Assembly: GCA_024518585.1 (NCBI GenBank)
Contig: JANIHI010000008.1
Coordinates: 6,989-70,988 of the forward strand
DNA length: 64,000 nucleotides
Direction: 5' to 3'
Origin: Methanolinea sp.
Lineage (GTDB): Archaea > Halobacteriota > Methanomicrobia > Methanomicrobiales > Methanospirillaceae
Numbering within the stretch: the stretch's first letter is position 1; every line of letters starts with the position of its first letter. The notes under the pieces are model-generated. The model ran no database searches and was not told where the DNA came from. It saw only the letters and a program-made list of their open reading frames with translations. Both the position numbers and the translations under genes were made by a program. Below, piece after piece: positions 19,655 to 29,118 of this stretch.

Positions 19655-21053
19655 TCTCTTCTCCTGTCTGATGAAAGAGGAGTGGAGGATGCACTCCACG
19701 ATGTTCGGGAGCGTCTCCTTTGCTCTCTTCCCGGTGATGATCTTTGGGATCGTGTTCATGGGCTCGTTCCTGCTCCCCCTGCTCTCTGCCGCGTTTCCGG
19801 CAGGAGACCTTGCGTTTCTTGCTCATGCCACCTTCCTCCTGCTTGGGTTCATGGTCGGTGGCTTCGGACTCCTTGGGAACGAGATGATGAACAGGAGGTT
19901 TGGCCAGGCGAGTCTCCTCGTGTATTCGGCGCGGAGTCTGCCCCTTTCAGAGCGGTCCATCTTTGCACACTTTGTCGTAAAGGACATCTTCTACTACTTC
20001 TTCCTCTGGGTTCTCCCCTTTGGGGCAGGGTACATTGCCGCATCGCCATTTTCAGGTGTCCCCCTCTCACGGGCACTCCTCCTCCTGCTGACCTTATCCC
20101 TTTCATTCCTCCTCGGTCTCTGCGTTGTTTTCCTCCTCTCGTCCCTCTATGTCCGGTCGAAAACGGCGTGCCTCCTTGCAGTGGTCTTTCTTGGTGTTGC
20201 GGCCGGGATATACACGTTTTGGTCCGGCACGAACCCCGCACTGCTCTTTCCCCCGTATCTCCTCTACTCTGCCTTCTCGTGGATGGCTTTTCTTGCGACG
20301 GCCCTTGCAATTGCTGTCCTGTTCGCCGCATCAGTCGTGCTCTTTTCTCCGGAAGGGAGGAGTTCGGCACGGACATACAGGCGCGTGCTCGGGCGCCTCG
20401 CGAAAATGTTATCGTTCCTTCCTGATTCACCAATCGTCGCAAAGGACTTGCTCGATCTCGCCCGCAGCGGCATCGGCATCGGTCAGACACTCTTCTCTTT
20501 CTTGATCCCCCTCGTCGTGATCTGGTTCTTTCTCTCACTTCTCAGGGGATCCCTTCCCCCCCACGGTTTGATCATCATATTCAGTCTTACAACCGGCATC
20601 ATTGCCTCGACCATCTACACGTGGGTGACGGAATTCGATTCTTTCGGGCCCTATTCCTGCCTCCCTGTTTCCGTCAGCACCCTGATTGCCGGCAAGATGA
20701 CAACGTTCCTTGTCCTGCAGGCTCTCCCCGCGGTCTTTATCGGGACGGTCGCAACCCTTTCTTCCGGTCCCGAACTGGTTGCCCCTGTCATCGTCCTCTG
20801 CCTCTCGATCTCTGTCTATGCCGCAGGCGTGATGGCGTATCTCTGCGGGCTATCTCCAAGCGTCCTCGTCTATGATGTGCGTGTCCTCATCACCTATCTG
20901 GTCCTTGACAGCGTGGCACTTGTCCTCCTCGCTGCGGTCTCCTTTGCAAACTCCCTCTATGCTTTCCTGTCGCTCTTTCTCCTCGTCCCTGCATACATCC
21001 TTGTCAGGGCAGCGAGGGCCCGGTGGGATGCCCGGGACCCTGCCGGGATTTAA
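19647..21053 (+). CDS. Putative ABC exporter permease
   Basis: Multi-TM protein starting at MPNLFSCLMKEEWR and overlapping the ATPase stop. Confidence 0.8.
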   Translation: MPNLFSCLMKEEWRMHSTMFGSVSFALFPVMIFGIVFMGSFLLPLLSAAFPAGDLAFLAHATFLLLGFMVGGFGLLGNEMMNRRFGQASLLVYSARSLPLSERSIFAHFVVKDIFYYFFLWVLPFGAGYIAASPFSGVPLSRALLLLLTLSLSFLLGLCVVFLLSSLYVRSKTACLLAVVFLGVAAGIYTFWSGTNPALLFPPYLLYSAFSWMAFLATALAIAVLFAASVVLFSPEGRSSARTYRRVLGRLAKMLSFLPDSPIVAKDLLDLARSGIGIGQTLFSFLIPLVVIWFFLSLLRGSLPPHGLIIIFSLTTGIIASTIYTWVTEFDSFGPYSCLPVSVSTLIAGKMTTFLVLQALPAVFIGTVATLSSGPELVAPVIVLCLSISVYAAGVMAYLCGLSPSVLVYDVRVLITYLVLDSVALVLLAAVSFANSLYAFLSLFLLVPAYILVRAARARWDARDPAGI

Positions 21054-21210
21054 CTGGGCCCCTCCGTTTTAATTACTTATATTCGACCGGCCGGGGGGCA
21101 TGGGCCGTTCGAATCGAAGTGCACCGGGTTTTCCTTACGACAGCAAGGGTGAAAAATGCATCATGAATGTTCCATGAAAAAGACTACTCTTTCTCCCCTT
21201 TCAATCGCAT

Positions 21211-21237
21211 TTCATGTTTTTTTGAATACATTTATAT
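21211..21237 (+). promoter_or_regulatory. TTCA-N8-TGAA inverted repeat plus TATA box (aor promoter)
   Basis: TTCATGTTTTTTTGAA at 21211-21226, then TTTATAT at 21231-21237. Confidence 0.55.
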
Positions 21238-21269
21238 GGTTGTGTATCTACAGGTGGCTTTGTGGTATC

Positions 21270-23045
21270 ATGGACGCCTATGCAGGAAAGATAGCAGATA
21301 TTGATCTGACCAGGAAAAAAGTGACAGTTGCATCGACACCCTCTGACTGGAAGAAGAGGTATCTTGGAGGAAGGGGGTTTGGTGCCCGCGTTGTCACCGA
21401 CAGGGTTGATGCCCGCGATGATCCGCTTGGAGAAAAGAATGTCTTTGTCCTCGCCTCGGGTCCCACGACGGGAACGGGGATCCCGCTCGGGTCGAGGTAC
21501 GAGATTAGCGCGAAATCTCCCCTGAACGGCACCCTGATGTCCTCCAACTCCGGGGGTGTCTTTGGGTGGAAGATCAAGAGGGCTGGTTTTGACGCCGTCA
21601 TCCTGAACGGTAAGGCAGATAAGCCCTGTTTCATTTTTTTGAACGAGGGAAAAGCCGAGATACGGGACGCCTCCGCCTACTGGGGAAAGACCACACATGA
21701 GGCGACCGAGATGATCATCTCGGATCTCGGGGACACTAAGGCAAAGGTTGCCTGCATCGGTCCTGCCGGGGAGAAAAAGAGTCTCCTTGCCTGCGTGATC
21801 AATGACATGGATAGGGCAGCAGGCCGGGCTGGTGGCGGGGCGGTGATGGGTTCGAAGAATGTGAAGGCAATCGTTGCAGCCGGCGACCTTTCCATAGGGG
21901 TTGCAGACGAGGAACGCCTCAACACCGTCAAGGAACGCATCAGGGAGAAACTCGAGAAAAACGGCATCTGCCAGGCCCTGACCAAATACGGGACGGCAGT
22001 CCTTGTCAACATCATCAACGAGGCCGGCATTCTCCCGACACGCAATTTCCAATCGGCGCACTTTGCAAATGCAGAGAAGGTCTCGGGGGAGGCTCTCGCC
22101 GAGAAGTACCTGAAGAAGAACAAGGGGTGCTATGCATGCATCGTCCGGTGCAGCAGGGTGACAGAGGTCGATGGCGAGATCCACGAGGGGCCGGAGTACG
22201 AACCGCTCTGGGCATTCACTGCTGACCTGGGGATTGATGACCTTGCATTTGCCACGAAGGCCACGTGGCTCTGCAATAAGCTTGGTTTAGATGCAATCGG
22301 CACCCCCACCGCGATTGCCTGTGCGATGGAGATGAAGGAGAAGGGATACATCAGGGATGGCCCTCACTTTGGTTCCCCGGACGGGCTCCTCGATCTTATC
22401 CGCCAGATGGCATACCGGGAGGGATTCGGCGCTGAACTCTCGGATGGGTCGTACAGGTTTGCCGAAAAGCACGGACATCCTGAACTCTCGATGAGCGTCA
22501 AAAAACAGGATATCCCGGCTTACGACCCGCGGGGTCTCCAGGGTCACGGTCTTGAGTATGCGACATCAGTGCGGGGTGCGGACCATGTCTATGGCTACAT
22601 GGTCTCACCCGAGGTCCTTGGTGCTCCAGTCAAGCTTGATCCTTACACAAGCGAGGGCAAGGCGCAATGGACAAAGACTTTCCAGGATCTGACAGCGGCC
22701 ATCGATGCATCGGGGATGTGCCTCTTCTCCTCGTTTGCCCTTGACGCGGATGACTATGCAGACATGATCTCTGCAGCAACGGGAACGTCGCTTTCAGCCA
22801 GGGGGCTTCTCCATATCGGGGAGAGGATCTGGAACCTCCAGAGGCTCTTTAACCTGAAGGTTGGATATACCAAGGACGATGACACGCTTCCCTCCCGTCT
22901 GCTGAATGAACCGCTCCGCGAGGGTGCTCCGAAGGGGAGAGTCTGGCAGCGCCAGCCCCTGCTTGACGAGTACTACGAGCTCCGGGGGTGGGATAAAAAT
23001 GGGGTCCCGACCAGACAGAAACTGGAAGAACTGGGCCTTGCGTGA
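21270..23045 (+). CDS. aor: Aldehyde:ferredoxin oxidoreductase (tungsten AOR family)
   Basis: YLGGRG, KSPL, SNSGG, AAGRAGGGAVMGSK, CYACIVRC, GPEYE, YDPRG and DDTLP motifs. Confidence 0.93.
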   Translation: MDAYAGKIADIDLTRKKVTVASTPSDWKKRYLGGRGFGARVVTDRVDARDDPLGEKNVFVLASGPTTGTGIPLGSRYEISAKSPLNGTLMSSNSGGVFGWKIKRAGFDAVILNGKADKPCFIFLNEGKAEIRDASAYWGKTTHEATEMIISDLGDTKAKVACIGPAGEKKSLLACVINDMDRAAGRAGGGAVMGSKNVKAIVAAGDLSIGVADEERLNTVKERIREKLEKNGICQALTKYGTAVLVNIINEAGILPTRNFQSAHFANAEKVSGEALAEKYLKKNKGCYACIVRCSRVTEVDGEIHEGPEYEPLWAFTADLGIDDLAFATKATWLCNKLGLDAIGTPTAIACAMEMKEKGYIRDGPHFGSPDGLLDLIRQMAYREGFGAELSDGSYRFAEKHGHPELSMSVKKQDIPAYDPRGLQGHGLEYATSVRGADHVYGYMVSPEVLGAPVKLDPYTSEGKAQWTKTFQDLTAAIDASGMCLFSSFALDADDYADMISAATGTSLSARGLLHIGERIWNLQRLFNLKVGYTKDDDTLPSRLLNEPLREGAPKGRVWQRQPLLDEYYELRGWDKNGVPTRQKLEELGLA

Positions 23046-23054
23046 GTGAAGAGA

Positions 23055-23390
23055 ATGGTTGTAACACCCGGACAGGAACCTGGGCTCTGGCACGGTATAC
23101 CCAGGGACGAGATCGACTGGCACCCGGTGGTGAATGAAGAGAAATACATCGGTTGCGGGTTCTGCTTCCTCACCTGCGGGAAAGGAGTATTCGGGTTTGA
23201 CTGGGAGAGGAAGAAATCAGTGGTCATCCACACTGAAAAATGCGTGGTCGGCTGCCAGACATACGCGAACCTCAGCCCTGCGACAGCGATCAGGTTTGCA
23301 GAAGAGGGCGATAATCCCCGGGCGAGGGTGCAGCGGCTCATCAAGGAACGGAAAGTCCTCCCAATGGTGAAAAAAAGAGCTTGCCATGAT
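23055..23390 (+). pseudogene. Degenerate 2x[4Fe-4S] ferredoxin reading in frame into moeB
   Basis: EKYIGCGFCFLTC and EKCVVGCQTYANLSP: three expected Cys codons read TAC, TAC and AGC. The 3' end is approximate. Confidence 0.6.
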
Positions 23391-23468
23391 GCAGACCTGA
23401 CAAGTGGAGCATATAAAGGCTCGATATCCGGAGAAAAGACCATAAAACGGGCAAAAGAACTAAAAACC

Positions 23469-24206
23469 ATGTTATCGCTTGTTGAGCGCGAACAGTACCT
23501 CCGCCAGATCCCCATCATAGGTGAGGCAGGCCAGGAGAGATTGAGGGATGCGGCAGTGCTTGTTGCCGGTGCAGGAGGTCTTGGATCGGTCTGTGCCCAG
23601 ATGTGTGCGTGTGCAGGGTTCGGGAAGATCCGGATCGTGGACAATGACGTCGTGGAGCGCCACAACCTCAACCGGCAAGTACTGTATGCGGCAAGGGACC
23701 ACGGCCTCTTCAAGGTGGAAGTCGCTGCACGCCGGCTCCGGGAGAACAATCCATTTCTCCTGGTCGAGCCGGTGCGGGAGAAAATCACCCGCGAGACCAT
23801 CGGCGGGCTCGCGAGGGGAATCGATGTGATCATCGATGGAATGGACAATTACGATGCCCGTTATATCCTCGACGATGCCGCGTTCGAAGTGGGCATCCCC
23901 CTTGTCCACGGGGCGGTGAACGGGTTCTATGGCCAGGTCTCATCAATCATCCCGGGAAGTACTCCCTGCCTGCACTGCATCGTCCCCCACCCCCCTCCTT
24001 CCGGGAATATTCCCATCCTTGGAGTCACGGTCGGAACGATCGGGAGCATCCAGGTGGCAGAGGCAATCAAGCTGGTGACGGGGCTTGGAAGACCGATGGC
24101 AGGACGGATGCTCCTCTGGGACGGGCTCATGGGCGAAGCGGAAGTGATACCAGTCACCAGTGACCCATCCTGTACCCGGTGCAACGGGAGAAGTGTCTCG
24201 CCATGA
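23469..24206 (+). CDS. moeB: ThiF/MoeB/HesA (E1-like) adenylyltransferase
   Basis: YLRQI, GAGGLGS, DNDVVERHNLNRQ, TPCLHC and CTRC motifs. Confidence 0.9.
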   Translation: MLSLVEREQYLRQIPIIGEAGQERLRDAAVLVAGAGGLGSVCAQMCACAGFGKIRIVDNDVVERHNLNRQVLYAARDHGLFKVEVAARRLRENNPFLLVEPVREKITRETIGGLARGIDVIIDGMDNYDARYILDDAAFEVGIPLVHGAVNGFYGQVSSIIPGSTPCLHCIVPHPPPSGNIPILGVTVGTIGSIQVAEAIKLVTGLGRPMAGRMLLWDGLMGEAEVIPVTSDPSCTRCNGRSVSP

Positions 24207-24481
24207 AGGTGCGGGTGAAGTCGTTTGCGATCCTCAGGCAGTATCTGCCCAGGGAGACTGTAGTCGAGATGGCAGAAGGGGCATCGATCCGCGATCTCCT
24301 CTCTATCCTCGTGCAACAGGTCCCGCCCCTTGCAGGGGAGATTTTCAATGAACAGGGGGAACTGAAAGAATTCGTAAACATCCTTAAGAACGGGAGGAAC
24401 ATCCACTTCATCTCCGGTCTGGAAACTACCATCGGGGATGGCGATCTCGTTGCCCTGTTTCCTCCCGCAGGAGGAGGGTAG
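24203..24481 (+). CDS. moaD: MoaD/ThiS/SAMP ubiquitin-like sulfur carrier
   Basis: MKVRVKSFA...VNILKNGRNI...LFPPAGGG with a C-terminal GG. Confidence 0.9.
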   Translation: MKVRVKSFAILRQYLPRETVVEMAEGASIRDLLSILVQQVPPLAGEIFNEQGELKEFVNILKNGRNIHFISGLETTIGDGDLVALFPPAGGG

Positions 24482-24565
24482 GTACATAGAGGTTCCATTG
24501 CAGGTATCTGAACCCGGATTGGATCATCATACATCCATTGCGAAAAGGAAAGGACTGGATTCACC

Positions 24566-26524
24566 ATGAAGGAAGAGAAAAAACCGCAGATTATCAGGGA
24601 ACGGATCGAGGTGTGCGAGCTTGACCGTGCACGCCTGTCCCTGATGAACCCCGAACTGATCAAACAGAAGAGGGAGAACAGGACGATAGACGAGGCGGCA
24701 AAGCCGTTCATCGAGCTTACGATGAAAGAGGGGATAGAGACCGTCTGGGACCGGCACGAGATGCAGCAGCCGGAATGCAAGTACTGTGCAGCCGGGATCT
24801 CTTGCCAGCGGTGTGCGATGGGCCCGTGCCGGATCATCCCCCCGCACCGGGTCAGGGGTGTCTGCGGGGCCGATGCCGACCTGATCGTTGCCCGGAACCT
24901 GCTCGACCAGCTGGCGACCGGTGCAGCGGCACACTCGGACCACGGGAGAGAGATTGTCCTTACCCTGTACGGTGTGGGGAAAGGCACGGTCAACGATTAT
25001 ACAATCTCGGACCCGGAGAAGATGAAAAGGCTTGCCCGTGAGTACGGAATCGAAACGGCCGGGAAGAGCGAGAGGAAACTGGCCGAGGAACTCGGGCTTG
25101 CCATGCTCGAGGAATTTGGAACCCTCAAGGACTCCCTCCGGATCGCAGACCGGGCACCCCGGGCCACGCGGGAGGTCTGGAAGAATGCCGGCATCGTCCC
25201 GCGCGGGATCGACCGGGAGGTGGTCGAGGCGATGCACCGCGTCCAGATGGGTGTTGCGGCCGACTATGCCAACACGCTGGTCCATGGGTTGCGGGCCTCG
25301 CTCTCTGACGGCTGGGGTGGCTCAAGCCTTGCCACCGAGGTCTCCGATATCCTCTTTGGGACGCCGCGGCCCAACGAATCTCTCGTGAACCTGGGTGTTG
25401 TGAAAAAGGACCATGTCAACATCTCGCTCCATGGCCATAACCCCATGCTTTCAGAGATGGTCGTGAAGGCAGCAAAAGACTCCGAGATCCAGGCTCTTGT
25501 CAGGAAAGTCGGGGCGGCCGGGATCAACCTCGTCGGGCTCTGCTGCACCGGCAACGAGCTCCTGATGAGAAAGGGAATCCCCAATGCCGGCAACCACTTC
25601 AACCAGGAGCTCGTGATCACGACGGGAGCGCTCGAGGCGATGGTCGTGGACTACCAGTGCATCTTCCCCTCTCTCCCGCGCACGGCAAGCTGCTACCATA
25701 CCTACATCATCTCCACGAGCCCGAAATCACGCATCCCCGGTTCCTACTACTTCGAGTTCGAACCCGAGACTGCCTATGAAACGGCAAAGGCCATCGTGAA
25801 GATGGCGGTTGAGAACTTCCCGAACCGGAACCCCGACAGGGTCTTTATCCCCGTTGAGCCCGTGAAGGTGACGACCGGCTTCTCGGTCGAGGCTATCAGG
25901 GGGGCACTCGGGGGGACATTCAAGCCGCTCATCGACCAGATCGCGTCCGGGAATATCCGGGGTGCGGTCGGTATCGTGGGCTGCAATAACCCGAAAGTGA
26001 AGCATGACTACGGCCATGTGACTCTCTCGAAGGAGCTGATCAAGCGCGATATCCTCTGCGTCGAGACCGGGTGTGCTGCCATCGCATCCGGAAAAGCAGG
26101 TCTGCTCCAGCCGTCAGCCGCATCCCTGGCCGGACCGGGTCTCGGGCCAGTCTGCACGTCGCTTGGAATCCCGCCTGTCCTCCACATGGGCTCCTGCGTC
26201 GACTGCTCGCGGATCCTGCACCTGGCTGCAGAACTGGCAAATGCCCTGAACGTCGGTATCCACCGCCTCCCGATTGCCGGGGCAGCTCCAGAGTGGTATT
26301 CACAAAAGGCAGTCTCGATCGGCTCCTACTTTGTCGCATCGGGAGTATTCACGGTGCTCGGAGTCATGCCCAAGATCTCGGGGAGCCCGGCGGTCATCTC
26401 CCTCCTGACCGAGGGATTGAAAGGCGTTGTCAACGCGTCCTTTGCTGTCGAACCTGACCCGCTCAAGGCCGCGGACCTGATATCGGCACACATCGAGAGG
26501 AAGAGGACAGAACTTGGGATTTGA
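24566..26524 (+). CDS. cooS: Anaerobic monofunctional Ni-CO dehydrogenase catalytic subunit
   Basis: CQRCAMGPC, GVCGA, AHSDH, HGHNP, GLCCTGNE, DYQC, GCNN, TGCA, GSCVD and SQKA motifs. Confidence 0.95.
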   Translation: MKEEKKPQIIRERIEVCELDRARLSLMNPELIKQKRENRTIDEAAKPFIELTMKEGIETVWDRHEMQQPECKYCAAGISCQRCAMGPCRIIPPHRVRGVCGADADLIVARNLLDQLATGAAAHSDHGREIVLTLYGVGKGTVNDYTISDPEKMKRLAREYGIETAGKSERKLAEELGLAMLEEFGTLKDSLRIADRAPRATREVWKNAGIVPRGIDREVVEAMHRVQMGVAADYANTLVHGLRASLSDGWGGSSLATEVSDILFGTPRPNESLVNLGVVKKDHVNISLHGHNPMLSEMVVKAAKDSEIQALVRKVGAAGINLVGLCCTGNELLMRKGIPNAGNHFNQELVITTGALEAMVVDYQCIFPSLPRTASCYHTYIISTSPKSRIPGSYYFEFEPETAYETAKAIVKMAVENFPNRNPDRVFIPVEPVKVTTGFSVEAIRGALGGTFKPLIDQIASGNIRGAVGIVGCNNPKVKHDYGHVTLSKELIKRDILCVETGCAAIASGKAGLLQPSAASLAGPGLGPVCTSLGIPPVLHMGSCVDCSRILHLAAELANALNVGIHRLPIAGAAPEWYSQKAVSIGSYFVASGVFTVLGVMPKISGSPAVISLLTEGLKGVVNASFAVEPDPLKAADLISAHIERKRTELGI

Positions 26525-26534
26525 GGCAAAAGAT

Positions 26535-27359
26535 ATGGCGACCCGGGAGGGCCGGGTGCATTCGTCTTGTATCGGGGAGAAAGTGAGGGTCGTCATCACG
26601 GGGAAGGGCGGTGTCGGCAAGACAACCCTGGCAGCCCTCCTTGCCCACCGATTTGCGCGCGTTGGACGGACGGTCCTCGCGGTGGACGGAGACCCCCAGC
26701 AGAACCTGGCCTGCACTCTCGGCCTTTCGGCCAGCGATGTCCAGTCGATCGTTCCTCTCTCCGAGAGGAAAGAATACATCGCAGAAAAAATCGGGGCAGT
26801 ACCTGGCCGGGGTGGATTCATGGTCCTCAACCCGGACACGGCCGATGTCGTCGACCGTTTCAGCTATCCCGCGGGAGACGGGATACGCCTCCTCGTCCTT
26901 GGCGGGGTAAAAAATGCAGGATCGGGCTGTCTCTGCCCCGAGTATACCCTCCTCTCGGCAATACTCAGGAGTGCAAAGTACCTGCCCGGGGACGTCGTAC
27001 TCCTTGACACGCCAGCCGGCTTGGAACATTTCGGGCGTGCAGTTGCACAGGGGTTTTCGATTGCCCTCGTCGTAACCGATACGTCATTCAATGGGAGGGC
27101 TGTTGCCAGGGAACTCTGCCGGCTTGCGCACGAATGCGGTATACCGCTGGTAACCCTTGTCACAAACAAGGCGCCGGTGAATGGCAGGGATTTCGTGAGA
27201 AACGATCTCCCTCCCGGGTTAGTCTCCAGGGAAATCGAGATCCCTGATGATCCCTGTATCAGGGCCCATGAACCTTCTGTCGTTTCAGTGCTGGATGAAG
27301 AGTGTCCCGCGGCGAGGGCCGTGGGACGGCTTGCACGGGCCATCTCTCCGGGATGGTGA
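26535..27359 (+). CDS. cooC: CODH nickel-insertion ATPase
   Basis: GKGGVGKTT, GSGCLCPE and DTPAGLEHFGR motifs. Confidence 0.9.
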   Translation: MATREGRVHSSCIGEKVRVVITGKGGVGKTTLAALLAHRFARVGRTVLAVDGDPQQNLACTLGLSASDVQSIVPLSERKEYIAEKIGAVPGRGGFMVLNPDTADVVDRFSYPAGDGIRLLVLGGVKNAGSGCLCPEYTLLSAILRSAKYLPGDVVLLDTPAGLEHFGRAVAQGFSIALVVTDTSFNGRAVARELCRLAHECGIPLVTLVTNKAPVNGRDFVRNDLPPGLVSREIEIPDDPCIRAHEPSVVSVLDEECPAARAVGRLARAISPGW

Positions 27360-27515
27360 ACGGGATCATGGATCTTCCAATGGAAAAATGTATACTCCTT
27401 AAATGCGGATCAAGGGACAAAAAAGTCAAAATTGAAAAATTGAGAGAAAATTGCAAAAGAATAACCCGGGGGAACACCACCAACGTTCCCCGGGACTCTT
27501 CAGGAGGGAAGTAAA

Positions 27516-27746
27516 ATGGTCCATGTCAGAATCAAACGCGAGGACTGCACGGCGTGCAGCACCTGCTGGGAGACGTGCCCGGAGGTGTTTGAAGAGAATC
27601 GTGACGACAGCTTCAGCCAGATACGGGAAGAGTTCCGCTCAGGCGGGGGAATTTCCGAAGGGGAGGTGCCTGAGAGCCTGAAAGGCTGCGTCGAAGAAGC
27701 GGCAGCTCTCTGTCCCGTCCAGATTATCTCTCTCACCAATGAATGA
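27516..27746 (+). CDS. Single-cluster ferredoxin
   Basis: CTACSTCWETCP...AALCPVQII, with a GGAGG RBS. Confidence 0.9.
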   Translation: MVHVRIKREDCTACSTCWETCPEVFEENRDDSFSQIREEFRSGGGISEGEVPESLKGCVEEAAALCPVQIISLTNE

Positions 27747-27867
27747 AAAAGCGGACTCTGCCGTATTTCATCTTTGAAAAGGGAATATCCCTGTTCAAGG
27801 GGGTCCAGGACGGTAAGGGGGGGCAGTAAGAGGTGGGAAAATATTATTATCCCATCAAACCAAATAT

Positions 27868-27883
27868 TTCAACATAATTTGAA
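27868..27883 (+). promoter_or_regulatory. TTCA-N8-TGAA inverted repeat upstream of the CcdA-thioredoxin gene
   Basis: TTCAACATAATTTGAA. Confidence 0.55.
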
Positions 27884-27924
27884 TATCCCTGCAGCCTCGA
27901 TGAGCCCGGGAGCAACGTGATTGA

Positions 27925-29118
27925 ATGGCAGGTCGTGAAAATTGTAAAAATATCCATCCTTTCATTCTCCTTCTCACATCTCTCCTGATCCTCGCATGTA
28001 CCTTTCCCGTTGCTGCCCAGTCGGAGACGGGCGGGGCCCCTCTCTCACCCTCCGCCGGGGAAGAGACGCTTGGACTCCCGGTGAGTCCTGACCACCGCTA
28101 CACAGAGAATGGTCCGGTCCTCGTCATGTTTTACAACACGAACTGCGGTGACTGCATGAGGACTCTCCCTTTTGTCCAGCAGTATGCCAGGGACCACCCG
28201 GAACTCGAGACGCACCTGTTGAACATAAAGGAGAATTTTGAATACTGGAAGCTCTTCTCGACATACAAGGAAGCGTACAATACGGGACCGATCCCCGTCC
28301 CCTCCCTTTTTGTGGGGGACAGGGTCCTTACCGGTTACGACGAGATAACCGGTTCACTCGCGGAGGTGGTGAAGGAACAGAGCCGCGGTCCTTCCGCACG
28401 GACCACACCGTCTTTCCCTTCGCTCGGCAACCTTTCGGCGCAGGACATAACCATCCCTCTTGTTATCACGGCAGGCCTTGCCGACGGGATCAATCCCTGT
28501 GCATTCTCTGTCCTGATCATCCTCCTCTTTTCCCTCTCGTTAGCCGGCTCGAGGAGGAAGATGGTCTCCGTCGGTGCCTGTTTCATCGGGACGGTTTTTA
28601 TCTTTTATTTCTTCTCCGGTCTTGGCATCTTCTATCTCATCCAGCTCGCCGAGATATCGAGGGCGATTGGGATTATCGCAGCAGCAATTGCTTTCCTCCT
28701 GGGGGCAATCAGTCTCTTTGAAGGTGTTTTGGACCGGGAGAAGCCCATCCTTGCCATTCCCTCATCAAAGAAGGGGATAATCGGAGAGTACATCCAGAAA
28801 GCATCAGTCCCGGCTTCCATCGTCCTCGGTGTCCTCGTGGGCATGTTTGAGCTGCCCTGCACGGGGGGAATCTACCTTGCAATCCTCTCCCTGATATCCG
28901 ATAAAATGACCATGGCAGAGGGGATCCCCCTGCTCTTCGTTTATAATGTCTTCTTTGTGCTCCCCCTTGTCTTTATCCTGTGTGCCGTCGTCTTTGGCCT
29001 CCCCCTCGAGGGCGTTGACCGCTGGAGGCAGGAACACCGGCGGGCTGTCCGCATCATCATGGGACTTGTGCTCGTGGGACTTGGGATCCTGCTTATCAGC
29101 ACGTTCCTTGGCGGATGA
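27925..29118 (+). CDS. Thioredoxin-like domain fused to a CcdA/DsbD transmembrane domain
   Basis: Signal peptide, CGDC thioredoxin motif, and DGINPCAF and FELPCTGGIY Pro-Cys motifs. Confidence 0.85.
   Translation: MAGRENCKNIHPFILLLTSLLILACTFPVAAQSETGGAPLSPSAGEETLGLPVSPDHRYTENGPVLVMFYNTNCGDCMRTLPFVQQYARDHPELETHLLNIKENFEYWKLFSTYKEAYNTGPIPVPSLFVGDRVLTGYDEITGSLAEVVKEQSRGPSARTTPSFPSLGNLSAQDITIPLVITAGLADGINPCAFSVLIILLFSLSLAGSRRKMVSVGACFIGTVFIFYFFSGLGIFYLIQLAEISRAIGIIAAAIAFLLGAISLFEGVLDREKPILAIPSSKKGIIGEYIQKASVPASIVLGVLVGMFELPCTGGIYLAILSLISDKMTMAEGIPLLFVYNVFFVLPLVFILCAVVFGLPLEGVDRWRQEHRRAVRIIMGLVLVGLGILLISTFLGG

Noticed and set aside
21083..21113. Imperfect GC hairpin after the ABC permease
   Set aside because: Single copy, probably terminator-associated; nothing else supports a distinct element.
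27428..27453. Three AAAATTG direct repeats upstream of the ferredoxin
   Set aside because: Irregular spacing in an A-rich tract, compatible with chance or ordinary promoter DNA.
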